From a virus, in IMG/VR virus record IMGVR_UViG_3300021962_000028, positions 94,623-158,622 of that record: 64,000 nucleotides of DNA, one strand, 5' to 3'. Below the pieces are notes generated by a model, which was not told the origin of the DNA, did not search any database, and saw only the letters and a program-made list of their open reading frames with translations. Positions 19,197-29,573 of this stretch are shown piece after piece. The translations under genes and the position numbers were made by a program. Numbering within the stretch: the stretch's first letter is position 1; each line of letters starts with the position of its first letter.

Positions 19197-20894
19197 TTAA
19201 TAACCTAAAATAGTGTTATTTGAATATCCTGTGTTAATTAAATAATAATTTGCACTACCTCCACTCACTGGTGATGAAATGGTAATACTTTGTACACCTG
19301 GATATGTACTTCTTAAGTCATTTGTTGACGTATTAATTATTGAAAATTGGGATGAGGTAAATAATCTAACGCTTGGTAGTGAGGGTCCCCAACTTGAAAA
19401 TCTTCCATTCTTTTTCATAAAAATGTAATACTCGTCAGATACCGTAATATTACCATCATTATTAACATCGTACTTATAAAAATCTAAAGAAGTGAAGGAC
19501 CTAGTTATTGCTTTTGTAGCGGCACCTATTGCGTCAATATTTTGTAGACCTGTAATTGTGGTAGGAGCGTCTAATTGAATATACCACTCAACTGATGGGT
19601 TAGTGGATTCATTAATTGTGTATTTACCTGTAACATCCGTATATACGGTTTTAAATAACACCCAAGGTGTGAAGGTAACTATATAATCAAATTCAAGTAC
19701 ATAAGGTAACGAAACATTATTAGGTAAGTCGTTCCATAGACCCGCACCAACGAATTGTGCGTAATCTTCACCCCCCGCATTATTTGGTTCTCCACCATTC
19801 CAAGATAGATATGGGTTTATACCAAACCTGTAAGATAGTGACATATAATTTCTATTTATCTCATCCGAAGTTAAAGAAGTGTTATATACTTGGAATGAGC
19901 CTAATCTGAACGACCCATAACCACCGTGACCCATATGAGTCCCATCCGCCAATCCTAGTGCAAACACTTGGTCACCCCCACCATTTAAATGAGGTGCTAA
20001 TCTATTAAACGTTGAACTACCAAAAGACACTCCATTTTTATATCCTGTCATTGTTGACCCATCATAGGTTAACGCCACCATACACCACTGATTTAATGTA
20101 ATACTTGTGGATATTTGAGTAATTCCCGTTCCATTCCAAAAACCACATCTTAATGTATTACCACCTGTAATTTCAATAACTGACTCGTGCCATCCTGAGG
20201 TTGTCGATGTCGTACCCAATTCATCTAATATAATACCATTACCTGTTGGGTACACCCATAGTATTAATGTAATGACTTTTGAATTTGTGAAATGACTTGT
20301 TAAACTTGGTGTAATACCATAGTTATTAACACCATTAAATGTTAGGTATTTTCCCCCGCCTGTAGTTAGAACTGGTGAATTATATAATGTAATATTTTTT
20401 GAATTTTTTAAATCCGTTAAAACACTACCTGAATTATAACTATTAACATCGTAATTGTTGGTTTGAGTGGTTGTTACATAATTCTCAGTCCACCTCCACC
20501 CACCTAAGGGTTCTGAATAAAAGGCTCCTGTTTTATCCTGATAATAACCTATCCACCCTGAAGGCCAAGTGTTAAAAAGAAAATTTTTCTCGGAAACATC
20601 TGATATTGTCGCCAAATGCCCGTTCATATTTTCACAAGCGGTTTTTGCATCTAACCAAAACATTGAGCCTGTTGAACGATAATATGAGTGACCGTTATAG
20701 TTGGTTTGAGACGTAAATCCGTTTAATGATGGTGTTGTTCGCTTATATAATTTCACAGGAACATTCGACGCTCCAACCCCATTTGAATTGTAGATATACC
20801 CTGAATAAGTAAAATTTTGACCCATCACAACATTGGTGAAGAACAAAACCAAAACACATATAATGTTTCTAACCTTAGATTTTATTAACTGCAT
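19197..20894 (-). CDS. Exported protein: C-type lectin domain with inserted LamG/ConA-like domain and C-terminal dockerin-like module
   Basis: Signal peptide; GHSYY...WLDAKTAC...WIG; LamG-like WCMVALTYDGSTMTGYKNG; GEPNN and WNDLP; DVNNDGNITVSD. Confidence 0.75.
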   Translation of the reverse strand: MQLIKSKVRNIICVLVLFFTNVVMGQNFTYSGYIYNSNGVGASNVPVKLYKRTTPSLNGFTSQTNYNGHSYYRSTGSMFWLDAKTACENMNGHLATISDVSEKNFLFNTWPSGWIGYYQDKTGAFYSEPLGGWRWTENYVTTTQTNNYDVNSYNSGSVLTDLKNSKNITLYNSPVLTTGGGKYLTFNGVNNYGITPSLTSHFTNSKVITLILWVYPTGNGIILDELGTTSTTSGWHESVIEITGGNTLRCGFWNGTGITQISTSITLNQWCMVALTYDGSTMTGYKNGVSFGSSTFNRLAPHLNGGGDQVFALGLADGTHMGHGGYGSFRLGSFQVYNTSLTSDEINRNYMSLSYRFGINPYLSWNGGEPNNAGGEDYAQFVGAGLWNDLPNNVSLPYVLEFDYIVTFTPWVLFKTVYTDVTGKYTINESTNPSVEWYIQLDAPTTITGLQNIDAIGAATKAITRSFTSLDFYKYDVNNDGNITVSDEYYIFMKKNGRFSSWGPSLPSVRLFTSSQFSIINTSTNDLRSTYPGVQSITISSPVSGGSANYYLINTGYSNNTILGY

Positions 20895-21327
20895 TAATTA
20901 AAGCCTTTTTCAAACCTGCCGAAAATGAAGATTTTTCAAATGGTATATTTTCATCTTGTAATTCAATAAAAGTTGATTTGACATCAATTTTACTCTCCCC
21001 AACACCAATATAATCTTTATCGTCGATAGTCACTCTTAATGTTACTATAGTAACCTTTCTTTTTTTCTCGAATGGACCTATTGAGATACCAGTAGTTGGT
21101 GCCTCAATACTTTCAATCACAACTGAAACAGGTTTACCGTCTTCACATATGGAATATTTTTCAGATAATACCTCTTCAGTTATTTGTTTTACCCCCAATG
21201 TAAATCGTTTAGGGCTAATCCCTTGAATACTGTCTTTAGTTTGAACACTTTTAACAGTAAAACACGACTGAGAGTAAGATGTTATTGACATTAAAGTCGT
21301 CAATGTAATTAATAATAATATTTTCAT
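20875..21327 (-). CDS. Exported protein, distant CsgG/TolB-N-like fold
   Basis: Signal peptide; resembles the 23275 protein (LGVKQITEE, GVGES, SAGLKKAL). Confidence 0.5.
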   Translation of the reverse strand: MKILLLITLTTLMSITSYSQSCFTVKSVQTKDSIQGISPKRFTLGVKQITEEVLSEKYSICEDGKPVSVVIESIEAPTTGISIGPFEKKRKVTIVTLRVTIDDKDYIGVGESKIDVKSTFIELQDENIPFEKSSFSAGLKKALINAVNKI

Positions 21328-21328
21328 T

Positions 21329-22921
21329 TTATAATAAAGCTTTAGCTCCAAGTAATACTTGGTAATTTAATGTGGCATCTTTTACTTGTTGTACACCACT
21401 GAAACTTAAATTTAATTTAAATTTACTACTTATTCGATAATCAAATGCGGTGAATGGTACTGCTAACCATCCTGATTCGTACCACAACCCTTCATAATAA
21501 TATACATATGGTGAGTATACAAATACTAACATAGTTGTGTTATTTATTTTTTTAGTAACTTTAAAAGTACCTATTAATCCACCTAATGCCGATAAACTTT
21601 GGAATCTTGCGGAACCTAAGTTACCTGTCGTGTAATTAACCCCTAAAGTACCTGTAATATTTTTATATTTATAAGATTCCATTATTGAGGTTGTGTTGAA
21701 AAAATCCTTTTCAAAGTTCAACATTGATGAATTAGCAATAATTGATGTTAAATTTTTTCTTCGGTATCCCGCGAAAAAAGTGATGTTTGAATTGTTAATA
21801 GAACTAGTAAAATTAAGTAACGCACCTCTAACAAATGTATTATCGGTGTTTGACTTTGTGAAACTCATATTAACTCTAAACTGTTGAGCTTCGTCACCCG
21901 ACGCACTACTAATCGCTACAATATCACCCGTTAATAAAATCCCACCTTGTTTTGCATTCGCAACTTTAGATTTAACTTGGGCCGAGTTAGATGATGAGGT
22001 TTTGGTCATATCATTTAACTTATCCTCATTTGGGGTTTCATTCCCGTTGTTAGTAGTGTTACCACCTGAACCTTGAGAATTACCTCCATTTGTCGTTACA
22101 GACGATTGAGTCGTTTGACTTCCTCCTTGAGTTGGGTTACCTGTATTTGTAGTGTTTCCTCCTGTTGTTGACGTTGTAGTTCCTTGACTTGAATTACCTC
22201 CTCCAGTGTTTTGGTTATTTCCATTACTTGTTTGTGATTGCGGGTTCGTTTGATTTCCTCCAGAAGTAGATGAACCTCCTCCATTGTTATTTGTGGTACC
22301 ATTATTTTGTGTTTGATTGTTAATGGTCGACGAACCTGAATTTGAGGTTGTCTGACCGTTAGAACCACCACTTTGATTTGAATTTCCGTTGGTTGTTCCG
22401 TTGGTTGTTTGAGGACTAGACCCCTGAGAACCACCATTTTGTGTGGTTGTCTGTGTATTCCCTCCGATGGTTGATGAACCCTGATTAGGTTTAGATTTAT
22501 TATCTTCAGAGTTGGACTTTTCCTTAGCTTCGATAATACCTCCGATATTCGAACCACCGATTGATGATATGTCGTTTAACGCGGATAAAACATTTGTTAA
22601 AACCGCAATATTGTTAGCCGCAATAATTGCATTCATTGTTGTATTTTGATATAATGCAACACCACTACAAGGACCCGAAGGATTTGATGAATTAATTTGA
22701 GTAATCCATTGCTCCAAAGCACCTGATTGTAATTGAGTGGGGGTAAAACTTTGCACCTGACCATAATACATTAAGGCAACATTTCCATTAGGGTTATTAA
22801 TGAAAAGTTCTTTAATTTTATTAGTACAGGGGTCCGTATATGTATACGAAAACCCCTGTCCAAATACCATTAATGTTGTGAACAGAAAACTTAGTGTTAT
22901 TAAAATTTTCTTAATGTTCAT
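21329..22921 (-). CDS. Exported protein: N-terminal domain, long G/N/T/Q/S linker, C-terminal predicted beta-barrel
   Basis: Signal peptide; amphipathic strands ending YQVLLGAKALL. Confidence 0.6.
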   Translation of the reverse strand: MNIKKILITLSFLFTTLMVFGQGFSYTYTDPCTNKIKELFINNPNGNVALMYYGQVQSFTPTQLQSGALEQWITQINSSNPSGPCSGVALYQNTTMNAIIAANNIAVLTNVLSALNDISSIGGSNIGGIIEAKEKSNSEDNKSKPNQGSSTIGGNTQTTTQNGGSQGSSPQTTNGTTNGNSNQSGGSNGQTTSNSGSSTINNQTQNNGTTNNNGGGSSTSGGNQTNPQSQTSNGNNQNTGGGNSSQGTTTSTTGGNTTNTGNPTQGGSQTTQSSVTTNGGNSQGSGGNTTNNGNETPNEDKLNDMTKTSSSNSAQVKSKVANAKQGGILLTGDIVAISSASGDEAQQFRVNMSFTKSNTDNTFVRGALLNFTSSINNSNITFFAGYRRKNLTSIIANSSMLNFEKDFFNTTSIMESYKYKNITGTLGVNYTTGNLGSARFQSLSALGGLIGTFKVTKKINNTTMLVFVYSPYVYYYEGLWYESGWLAVPFTAFDYRISSKFKLNLSFSGVQQVKDATLNYQVLLGAKALL

Positions 22922-22922
22922 C

Positions 22923-23270
22923 TTAAACGTCTGTAGTGTTCGATAAAGACACACCGTCTTCTTCGTCAACCTTTTGAATTAACATTTTATCTCTGTCCTC
23001 AGAATTGAACCAGTAATCAACAACTTTATTTAAGTTACCTACGAATGCTCCTAAAAGGATTAATAACATTTCTTTCCAATCCTCTTTAATTTCAATACCA
23101 AAGAATACCGCGGAATTAATTCCTGCAATTATAAAGAAAAACAAACCTAATACGATGGCAGTAATTCTCCAACGATTAGATTGCATTTGTTGTAACATAT
23201 AATAGAAACGATTTTTATCTTCTACTTTCACCATTTTGGTTTCACCCATTAATAAACTTTTTAAACTCAT
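22923..23270 (-). CDS. Small two-TM membrane protein
   Basis: Two hydrophobic helices then VVDYWFNS. Confidence 0.65.
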   Translation of the reverse strand: MSLKSLLMGETKMVKVEDKNRFYYMLQQMQSNRWRITAIVLGLFFFIIAGINSAVFFGIEIKEDWKEMLLILLGAFVGNLNKVVDYWFNSEDRDKMLIQKVDEEDGVSLSNTTDV

Positions 23271-23274
23271 TTTT

Positions 23275-23991
23275 TTAAGATTTAAAGACACCCTTTTTTA
23301 TTAATTTTGACACAACTCTTGACGATGCCGTTTCAAGAGCCTTTTTTGTCGAAATACCTATAGTTGATTGATTAAATTTGATATCATCAACATCTGACAA
23401 CAATGATGATGTTTTAACCGTTGACGCCTCACCTAAACCACTACCTGTGTAAATTTCGCCCGTTTCAGCGTCCACAAATCTTACTTGTAAACCTAAACGA
23501 GTTATTTGAGTTGTTTTTGCACCATCAGAAGCTTTAATGACTTCATCTTCAGACACTGAAAAATCATATACTTCGATGTACACAAAATATTTAGCTAAAA
23601 TTACATTACCTTTAACTTCTATTTTATTACTCGAAATCCCTTTATCTGATGCTTTGTCTTGAGCAATCATTTTTTGTTTAATTTCCTCTTTATCTTCAGT
23701 AAATTTAAATCTATCTGTTGATTCAAGATATTCTAAAACTATGTTAGCAACACCTAATCCCACTCTTTTATCTTTAAGTTCAGGATACATAGAATATAGT
23801 TCTTCATTAATACCAATTTTAAGAACTTGGATAGGTATTACGATAGTATCAGTATAGTCTGATACTACAGAAATGGATTGTTTCTTTTCAAAATCCGCTT
23901 GATACTGTTCGGTTTTAACCGTACCTATTTGACCACTTACTTTACAAGAAAGTAATATTATGGGTAATAGGGTATACAATAACTTTTTCAT
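23275..23991 (-). CDS. CsgG/HfaB-like lipoprotein
   Basis: LLSC lipobox; LGVANIVLEYL...RF, LGLQVRFVDAETGEI. Confidence 0.65.
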   Translation of the reverse strand: MKKLLYTLLPIILLSCKVSGQIGTVKTEQYQADFEKKQSISVVSDYTDTIVIPIQVLKIGINEELYSMYPELKDKRVGLGVANIVLEYLESTDRFKFTEDKEEIKQKMIAQDKASDKGISSNKIEVKGNVILAKYFVYIEVYDFSVSEDEVIKASDGAKTTQITRLGLQVRFVDAETGEIYTGSGLGEASTVKTSSLLSDVDDIKFNQSTIGISTKKALETASSRVVSKLIKKGVFKS

Positions 23992-24329
23992 TACCAAGAA
24001 TCCTCTTCTTTTTTAACAGGTTTAGCAGGTTCAGTTGTCTGAGCTGCAGGTTTTTCAATAATACGTTCTTTAATGATTGTATTTGTACCACCACCGTTTT
24101 CAACTTTTTGTTTATTTTCTTGATTTTGTTGTACGTTAACTATAACTGGTGCGGGTGCCGCAGTTTGTTCTGTTTTAGGTTCTTCTTTTTCTTCTGAATG
24201 ACCACCAAATAACATTGTTGATACCCATACCCCACCGCCAGCAATTACTGTAGTTAGTGTTCCGATTATTGTTTTCTTTAACCCTGACCAAGTTCCATCT
24301 GATTCAGGTACGTTTGTTTCCTCTGACAT
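23991..24329 (-). CDS. Single-TM membrane protein with Pro/Ala/Glu-rich tail
   Basis: IIGTLTTVIAGGGVWVSTMLFG. Confidence 0.65.
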   Translation of the reverse strand: MSEETNVPESDGTWSGLKKTIIGTLTTVIAGGGVWVSTMLFGGHSEEKEEPKTEQTAAPAPVIVNVQQNQENKQKVENGGGTNTIIKERIIEKPAAQTTEPAKPVKKEEDSW

Positions 24330-24397
24330 AATATTTGTTTGTTTTAATTTAGTTTATTGTTTAAAGGCTAAGAGGTCACAAATTGTGACCTCATTTA

Positions 24398-26299
24398 TTA
24401 TTTTAAAATTATTTTACTTGTTAGTTGTATGTCACTTCGTTTAAGAACCGCAACATAAACACCTGCAGGTAAATAACCAAGGTTAGTACTGTACTGATAA
24501 TCACCTTCAGGCATCTTATCATTAACCATTACTTTATATTCTTTACCATCAACACCGTAAACCGATAACCTAACGTTACCATATTCTTTTACTTCAAATT
24601 TAACAGTAACATAATCTTGGGTCGGGTTAGGGTACACTATCATACCATCAATACTTGTCATATTTCCATTTATCATTTTGTAAACTTGAATAACTCCGTT
24701 AGTAGGTGTTATTTCCAAATCTTTACATTGGTTGTCACCAGCGAATTTATCGGTAGTCCAAAGAGGACTTTCGTCCCATAAATTTTGTGGTTGTTTTGCG
24801 ATAAATTTTAAAGTCACCACTTCATCGTTATTACGAATAGGTTTTAAATGATTACTATTATCGTAACCACCCCAAGTAATAATGTTATCATTAGTATTCA
24901 AGTATGTTAACCAACTTGATGCTGATGATTTAGAATCAATACCTTTGAATTCTAATAATGTGTCATTATATTTTAACCCAAACTGTAATGAACCTAAGTC
25001 AGTACCACTTGTAAAAACTTTTACAGGTATATTAACTAGATTACCTTCTTGTACTGATAATCTCGGTACGTTAACTTCTATCGAAGTTGTTGGGAAATCA
25101 TACTCAACTCTATTGTCAATCACATTATATATTTGAGATTCAACACCAGGTTGAGGGTTAATTAAAACCTCAATCGGGGTCACACGAGCCATATGATAAC
25201 CTGTTCCGTTAGCGTCACCAGGTACTAACACGTAGAATGTTGGGGATGGTGCTCCCGCAATAATATTAAATGTGAAGTTGGTTGTACCAGGGATTGATGA
25301 CAAATAGTTTGTGGATGAACCGTTAATTGTCGTGTATTCAGACGCAGTGAAGAATTTAACATCTTTAACACTGTTAGGCCAAACTGAGAATCTACCTGAG
25401 ATTCTACCAAATACACCGTAAGCGTCCGATATAGTTATATTATTATCACCGTTAACATCCGCAGCGTAGTAATCAAACCCTGTCGGTGTTTGAGTTCCTA
25501 ATACATAGTCATTAACTTTTTGAGCATCAGCCGTAGAAATAACATTACCTACTGACATAGTATCACCAACAATTTTAATACGAACATCATAACCTGTAGT
25601 ATCAACCGCAATATCGTTAAACGCGAAGATACCTGAGTTATTAGTTAATGTACTAGTTACTGATGTCCAAGACCCACTAGGTCTAAGTTTTTTCTCAAGA
25701 CCAACTGTTAAGTTTTTAGCCCCTGTACCTGTAACGTTTGTAAACGTACCCGTAAAAGAAAATGTCTGAGGTAACATAACCCCACCAAAGTTTTGTAAGG
25801 TTAACGAATTATCAGTACCATCTTGTTTTGTAGAAATAGATGGATATGTGTTTATACCACTAAACGACATATTACCTACAGATGTTAATGATGAGAATCC
25901 TGCGATATGTTGTAATTTCAATTGTACAAATGCACCGTCAGGAATCTCAAAAGTAGATAAACTACCTGTATAAGATAATGTAATTGTTACATAACCATTT
26001 GCAGGGTTATCTACATATTGTAAATACTGAGAATACGATGTGTTTAATGAGGTAACTGTGTCGACACCTGAAAAGGCAAGTTTGTCGTAGTATACTCTGA
26101 ATTGAGCCGCGGTAATTAGAGTTGTAGTGTTATTGTAGAAACACAAACCTACGTTAGTAAAACCAGCTGCCGACGGTGCCAATTGGTAATTTGAATCTAA
26201 CGTAACGAAGACCCCTGTTGTGGTCGGGGTAGGACACGTTTGAGAGAATCCGATTGCACTCATTAATAGAAATGAGGCAACCGCTAAGAGTTTTTTCAT
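24398..26299 (-). CDS. Exported protein: two cohesin-like domains, dockerin-like module, T9SS type-A C-terminal sorting domain
   Basis: Signal peptide; AAQFRVYYD and SLQFGLKYN strands; AADVNGDNNITISD; VYPNP...LSVYGVDGK...LPAGVY...SKIILK. Confidence 0.8.
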   Translation of the reverse strand: MKKLLAVASFLLMSAIGFSQTCPTPTTTGVFVTLDSNYQLAPSAAGFTNVGLCFYNNTTTLITAAQFRVYYDKLAFSGVDTVTSLNTSYSQYLQYVDNPANGYVTITLSYTGSLSTFEIPDGAFVQLKLQHIAGFSSLTSVGNMSFSGINTYPSISTKQDGTDNSLTLQNFGGVMLPQTFSFTGTFTNVTGTGAKNLTVGLEKKLRPSGSWTSVTSTLTNNSGIFAFNDIAVDTTGYDVRIKIVGDTMSVGNVISTADAQKVNDYVLGTQTPTGFDYYAADVNGDNNITISDAYGVFGRISGRFSVWPNSVKDVKFFTASEYTTINGSSTNYLSSIPGTTNFTFNIIAGAPSPTFYVLVPGDANGTGYHMARVTPIEVLINPQPGVESQIYNVIDNRVEYDFPTTSIEVNVPRLSVQEGNLVNIPVKVFTSGTDLGSLQFGLKYNDTLLEFKGIDSKSSASSWLTYLNTNDNIITWGGYDNSNHLKPIRNNDEVVTLKFIAKQPQNLWDESPLWTTDKFAGDNQCKDLEITPTNGVIQVYKMINGNMTSIDGMIVYPNPTQDYVTVKFEVKEYGNVRLSVYGVDGKEYKVMVNDKMPEGDYQYSTNLGYLPAGVYVAVLKRSDIQLTSKIILK

Positions 26300-26520
26300 A
26301 GTTTAATATCTTGGTAATTTATTTCCTAATAAATATTTTATTTATACGGATTATTACATTAAACTATTAAACTATTTCTAAAAATGGGAAAATTATTACT
26401 TTAAAAGTAATTATATGTGTAAAAATTATGAGAAGTATTATATATAAAACCTACCTTACCACTACAAGAGTAATGATTTACTCAATTGACATTATGCAAA
26501 GATTTTTTTTAATTTAAAAA

Positions 26521-27312
26521 TTACACCATACCCGTGGTTTGGTAATAGTTTTTAAGGTCACCAACTGTTAGGGGAGTTCCTTTTTCCTTACCTAAAACTC
26601 TATTAAACACAGGATTAGCATCCGCAACTGTTTTTGCCGATAAATCTCTACTTTTTAAAACAAAATCGTCCGATTTACCTGCTGCAATAGGGAAAAAATT
26701 ATATATGTATAAATCTTCAGGTTCTTTTATCTTACCATTCTCATAACCTTTAACCCAAAAGTCTTTAATTGCATCCATCTGAGCACTTAAATCATTTCTT
26801 AGGTCTTCTAAAGAGTATGATTTACCATTAATTGTTTTTGTACCTCCACCACTAGGACAAAATTGAATTAAACCAACACAACCAATACTATTTTTGATTT
26901 TAGGGTCTAATCCCGATTCGTGGTTCATTAACTTAATTATATATTTTTCATCAATATTAATTGCGTTGGATATTTCTTCTAACTTTTCTTGGAAAATCTT
27001 ATTATCAAGTAATTTTTGACCTTTTTCACTAATGTTATCCAATTCTAAATCTTTTAATTCTTTTTCTGAATCAGGACCTTTGAATAAATCTTTTAGTTTT
27101 TTAATAATACTAGTTTCCTCATCTTTTTTATCACCATCTAAGTCAATTGATTTAATTTTTTTAACTAAATCAGTGCCTTTCAAATAATCAACGGCTTTTG
27201 ACCCTAAGTCTTTAATATCATCAATTAAATCTTCATTAACTGAAGATTCTTGCAAATTAGATAGTTTTCTAAATCGATTTATCTCTTCTAATATTTTCTT
27301 ATTGTCATTCAT
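26521..27312 (-). CDS. Lysozyme-like / lytic transglycosylase domain protein with leader
   Basis: LMNHESGLDP...GLIQF; EEINRFRKL leader. Confidence 0.7.
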   Translation of the reverse strand: MNDNKKILEEINRFRKLSNLQESSVNEDLIDDIKDLGSKAVDYLKGTDLVKKIKSIDLDGDKKDEETSIIKKLKDLFKGPDSEKELKDLELDNISEKGQKLLDNKIFQEKLEEISNAINIDEKYIIKLMNHESGLDPKIKNSIGCVGLIQFCPSGGGTKTINGKSYSLEDLRNDLSAQMDAIKDFWVKGYENGKIKEPEDLYIYNFFPIAAGKSDDFVLKSRDLSAKTVADANPVFNRVLGKEKGTPLTVGDLKNYYQTTGMV

Positions 27313-27317
27313 AGTAT

Positions 27318-27536
27318 CTACTCTTTTTTAGAATAAATATCATCAGGATTAGAATTATCAAGAATCTTAACTACATACAAATCTAATAACAACGCATAAA
27401 CGTACCACTGAGCCTCATCTAAAGAAATTTCTGGATTATTAAACGACACCTTTAAATAATAGAATAATTTAAAAACCAGATACAACCTAACCACAACTAT
27501 CAATGCGGTAAACATTATTTTAAGTATTCTTATCAT
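27318..27536 (-). CDS. Small membrane protein
   Basis: Two hydrophobic stretches. Confidence 0.55.
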   Translation of the reverse strand: MIRILKIMFTALIVVVRLYLVFKLFYYLKVSFNNPEISLDEAQWYVYALLLDLYVVKILDNSNPDDIYSKKE

Positions 27537-27940
27537 AATTTAAATTCAAATCTATTACGCATTATTTCTAATTTATCTTCAGGAACTCCGTGTACATTTT
27601 CACCACCGTGTCTATTTTCAACCACAATAGTAAAAACAGTATATCCCCATTCTTTCGCCATTTCAATATACGGGACCATTTCCCATTCTTGAGTAAATGT
27701 GTTAGACACCACAATTACATTGTTTAGGTTACCTGTTGTGTAGTTAATTAACATCGCGTTACTAACTTGTCCCTGACACCATTTATGGGCATCTTTTAAT
27801 TTAGTCACGTCAAATTTATATTCTCCGTCAACCATAAAATATTGGTCGGCCTCAAAATGAACACCACCTAATGTTTTTGCAAAAGTAGTTTTACCACTAC
27901 CTGGTATCCCTCTAACTATATATAATATTTTTTTTCCCAT
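27533..27940 (-). CDS. P-loop kinase (AAA_33 / polynucleotide kinase-like)
   Basis: RGIPGSGKTT, EADQYF, VSNT, NVHGVP. Confidence 0.85.
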   Translation of the reverse strand: MGKKILYIVRGIPGSGKTTFAKTLGGVHFEADQYFMVDGEYKFDVTKLKDAHKWCQGQVSNAMLINYTTGNLNNVIVVSNTFTQEWEMVPYIEMAKEWGYTVFTIVVENRHGGENVHGVPEDKLEIMRNRFEFKL

Positions 27941-28020
27941 ATTTTAGTATTTAACCACAAATGTAATGTTTTATTATGGTTAAATCAAATAATTCCGATA
28001 TTTATTTTAAAATGAAAACT

Positions 28021-28386
28021 ATGGACTTAGAAAGTATAATCAAACAAGTTTTACGTGAAGAATTTGGAACTAATAAATTCATTTATGAAGATGAATTTGG
28101 TTCAGTAGAACAAACAACAATAACTGAAGCTGAGTATAAAGGAAGAAAAGTTCAGTTAGGTAAAATAATGCAAGGTGACGTTAAGAAATTTAAAGTATAC
28201 GTTAAAAACGATAAAGGAAACGTTGTTAAAGTTAACTTTGGGTTTGGTGGTAAATCTGCCAAGGGTAAACGAATGGTCATCAAGAAAAATAACCCTGAAA
28301 GAAGAAAAAGTTTTAGAGCGAGAATGAGATGTGATAATCCAGGTCCTAGATGGAAACCACGTTATTGGGCGTGTAGAACTTGGTAA
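28021..28386 (+). CDS. Basic viral-type protein with leader
   Basis: IIKQVLREE...ITEAEY; KVNFG...RRKSFRARMRC...YWACRTW; start 28012 or 28021. Confidence 0.7.
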   Translation: MDLESIIKQVLREEFGTNKFIYEDEFGSVEQTTITEAEYKGRKVQLGKIMQGDVKKFKVYVKNDKGNVVKVNFGFGGKSAKGKRMVIKKNNPERRKSFRARMRCDNPGPRWKPRYWACRTW

Positions 28387-28421
28387 TAATATAAAAACCC
28401 CCTTAATTGGGGGTTTTTTAT

Positions 28422-29561
28422 TTATATCGATTCCCGAGGTACATCATCGGGATACATTTGAACAACTCTCCCACCATTTTCTTGGTGTGTTCTCTCCACC
28501 AAATTCTCAAGTATATTATTCAGTCTATTAATTATAGGCTCCCCAACGTCATAACCCATAGATTCTTCCATAGATTCTTCCATAGATTCTTCCATAGATT
28601 CTTCCATTACCATTTCACCTATTGACCTATCTATCTCCTCATTTGTTATATCAACTTGGATATTTTCCAAAATTCTCAAAGGCCTTTCAATATCCATACC
28701 CACGGCTCTTGGAATCTCCCTATTAGACATTCTCTTTTGACCATAATATTCGTTTTCTAACCACAATAGTTGTCTATTTCGTTCTTCGTCAGTTAAACTA
28801 TTCCAATTAGATACTTTGACATTATGGAATTGGTCTTTAAAGATATCCATAATATTATTAGGTAATCCTGTTTCTAACGAGTCAATTCTTTGGTCCACAA
28901 TATCCCAAAAAGAAGTTTCTCTTTCGTACGATGAATCAAGGTTTTTGAACCCCGCAACTTTATTTCCTGTTTTTTTATTAATTACATAGATTAAGATACC
29001 TCTTTTTACGTATTTGTAATAGTAGTCAGGTTCTCTATCAGATGCGGTACACCATTTAGTAGACGCTCCGTATTTTTTAGATGATAAGTAGGATAAAGGT
29101 TTTAAAACTAACCATTCATCATTTTCAAACAATTTTTCAATTTGTTTTTCCATTTCTTTGTCAACTAATTTTAAGTCGGCTAAAGACATTTGTAACTCTA
29201 ATTCTTCAAATGTTTTATATGAAGTTAAATCGGAATTTTCAATTAACTTTCTTTCATTCATCTCAATGAATTTAGTTAAAGTTGTATAGTTACTATACCC
29301 GATAAAATCACTAATAACTCTATGATAATTTTGTAATTCAAAAAATGACATATCATTAACTTTATCTTCAGATATTTTGTATTCACGTATTAATTCGTTA
29401 CGAATATCACTAGCGTGAGATTCTTTAGATTCAAACTTATGTTTGATTAAATTAACCATCATCTCAGTATATTTTGGTTTAATTACCAAATTATTCATAA
29501 GGTCAATAAGATTAATCCCGAATAAAGGATTTTGTTTTTTTAATTCATCAATTCTAGACAT
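28422..29561 (-). CDS. Hypothetical protein with a WCT domain shared with the 38723 protein
   Basis: YGASTKWCTA...YYKY...LIYVINK. Confidence 0.7.
   Translation of the reverse strand: MSRIDELKKQNPLFGINLIDLMNNLVIKPKYTEMMVNLIKHKFESKESHASDIRNELIREYKISEDKVNDMSFFELQNYHRVISDFIGYSNYTTLTKFIEMNERKLIENSDLTSYKTFEELELQMSLADLKLVDKEMEKQIEKLFENDEWLVLKPLSYLSSKKYGASTKWCTASDREPDYYYKYVKRGILIYVINKKTGNKVAGFKNLDSSYERETSFWDIVDQRIDSLETGLPNNIMDIFKDQFHNVKVSNWNSLTDEERNRQLLWLENEYYGQKRMSNREIPRAVGMDIERPLRILENIQVDITNEEIDRSIGEMVMEESMEESMEESMEESMGYDVGEPIINRLNNILENLVERTHQENGGRVVQMYPDDVPRESI
28556..28607 (-). repeat. 12-bp coding tandem repeat x4 (MEES)
   Basis: ccatagattctt repeated four times. Confidence 0.9.
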
Positions 29562-29573
29562 TTTTAATATATA

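Noticed and set aside
21329-23991. Curli amyloid operon
   Set aside because: The G/N/Q/T-rich tract lacks periodic curlin repeats, and no CsgA/B/E/F is recognisable
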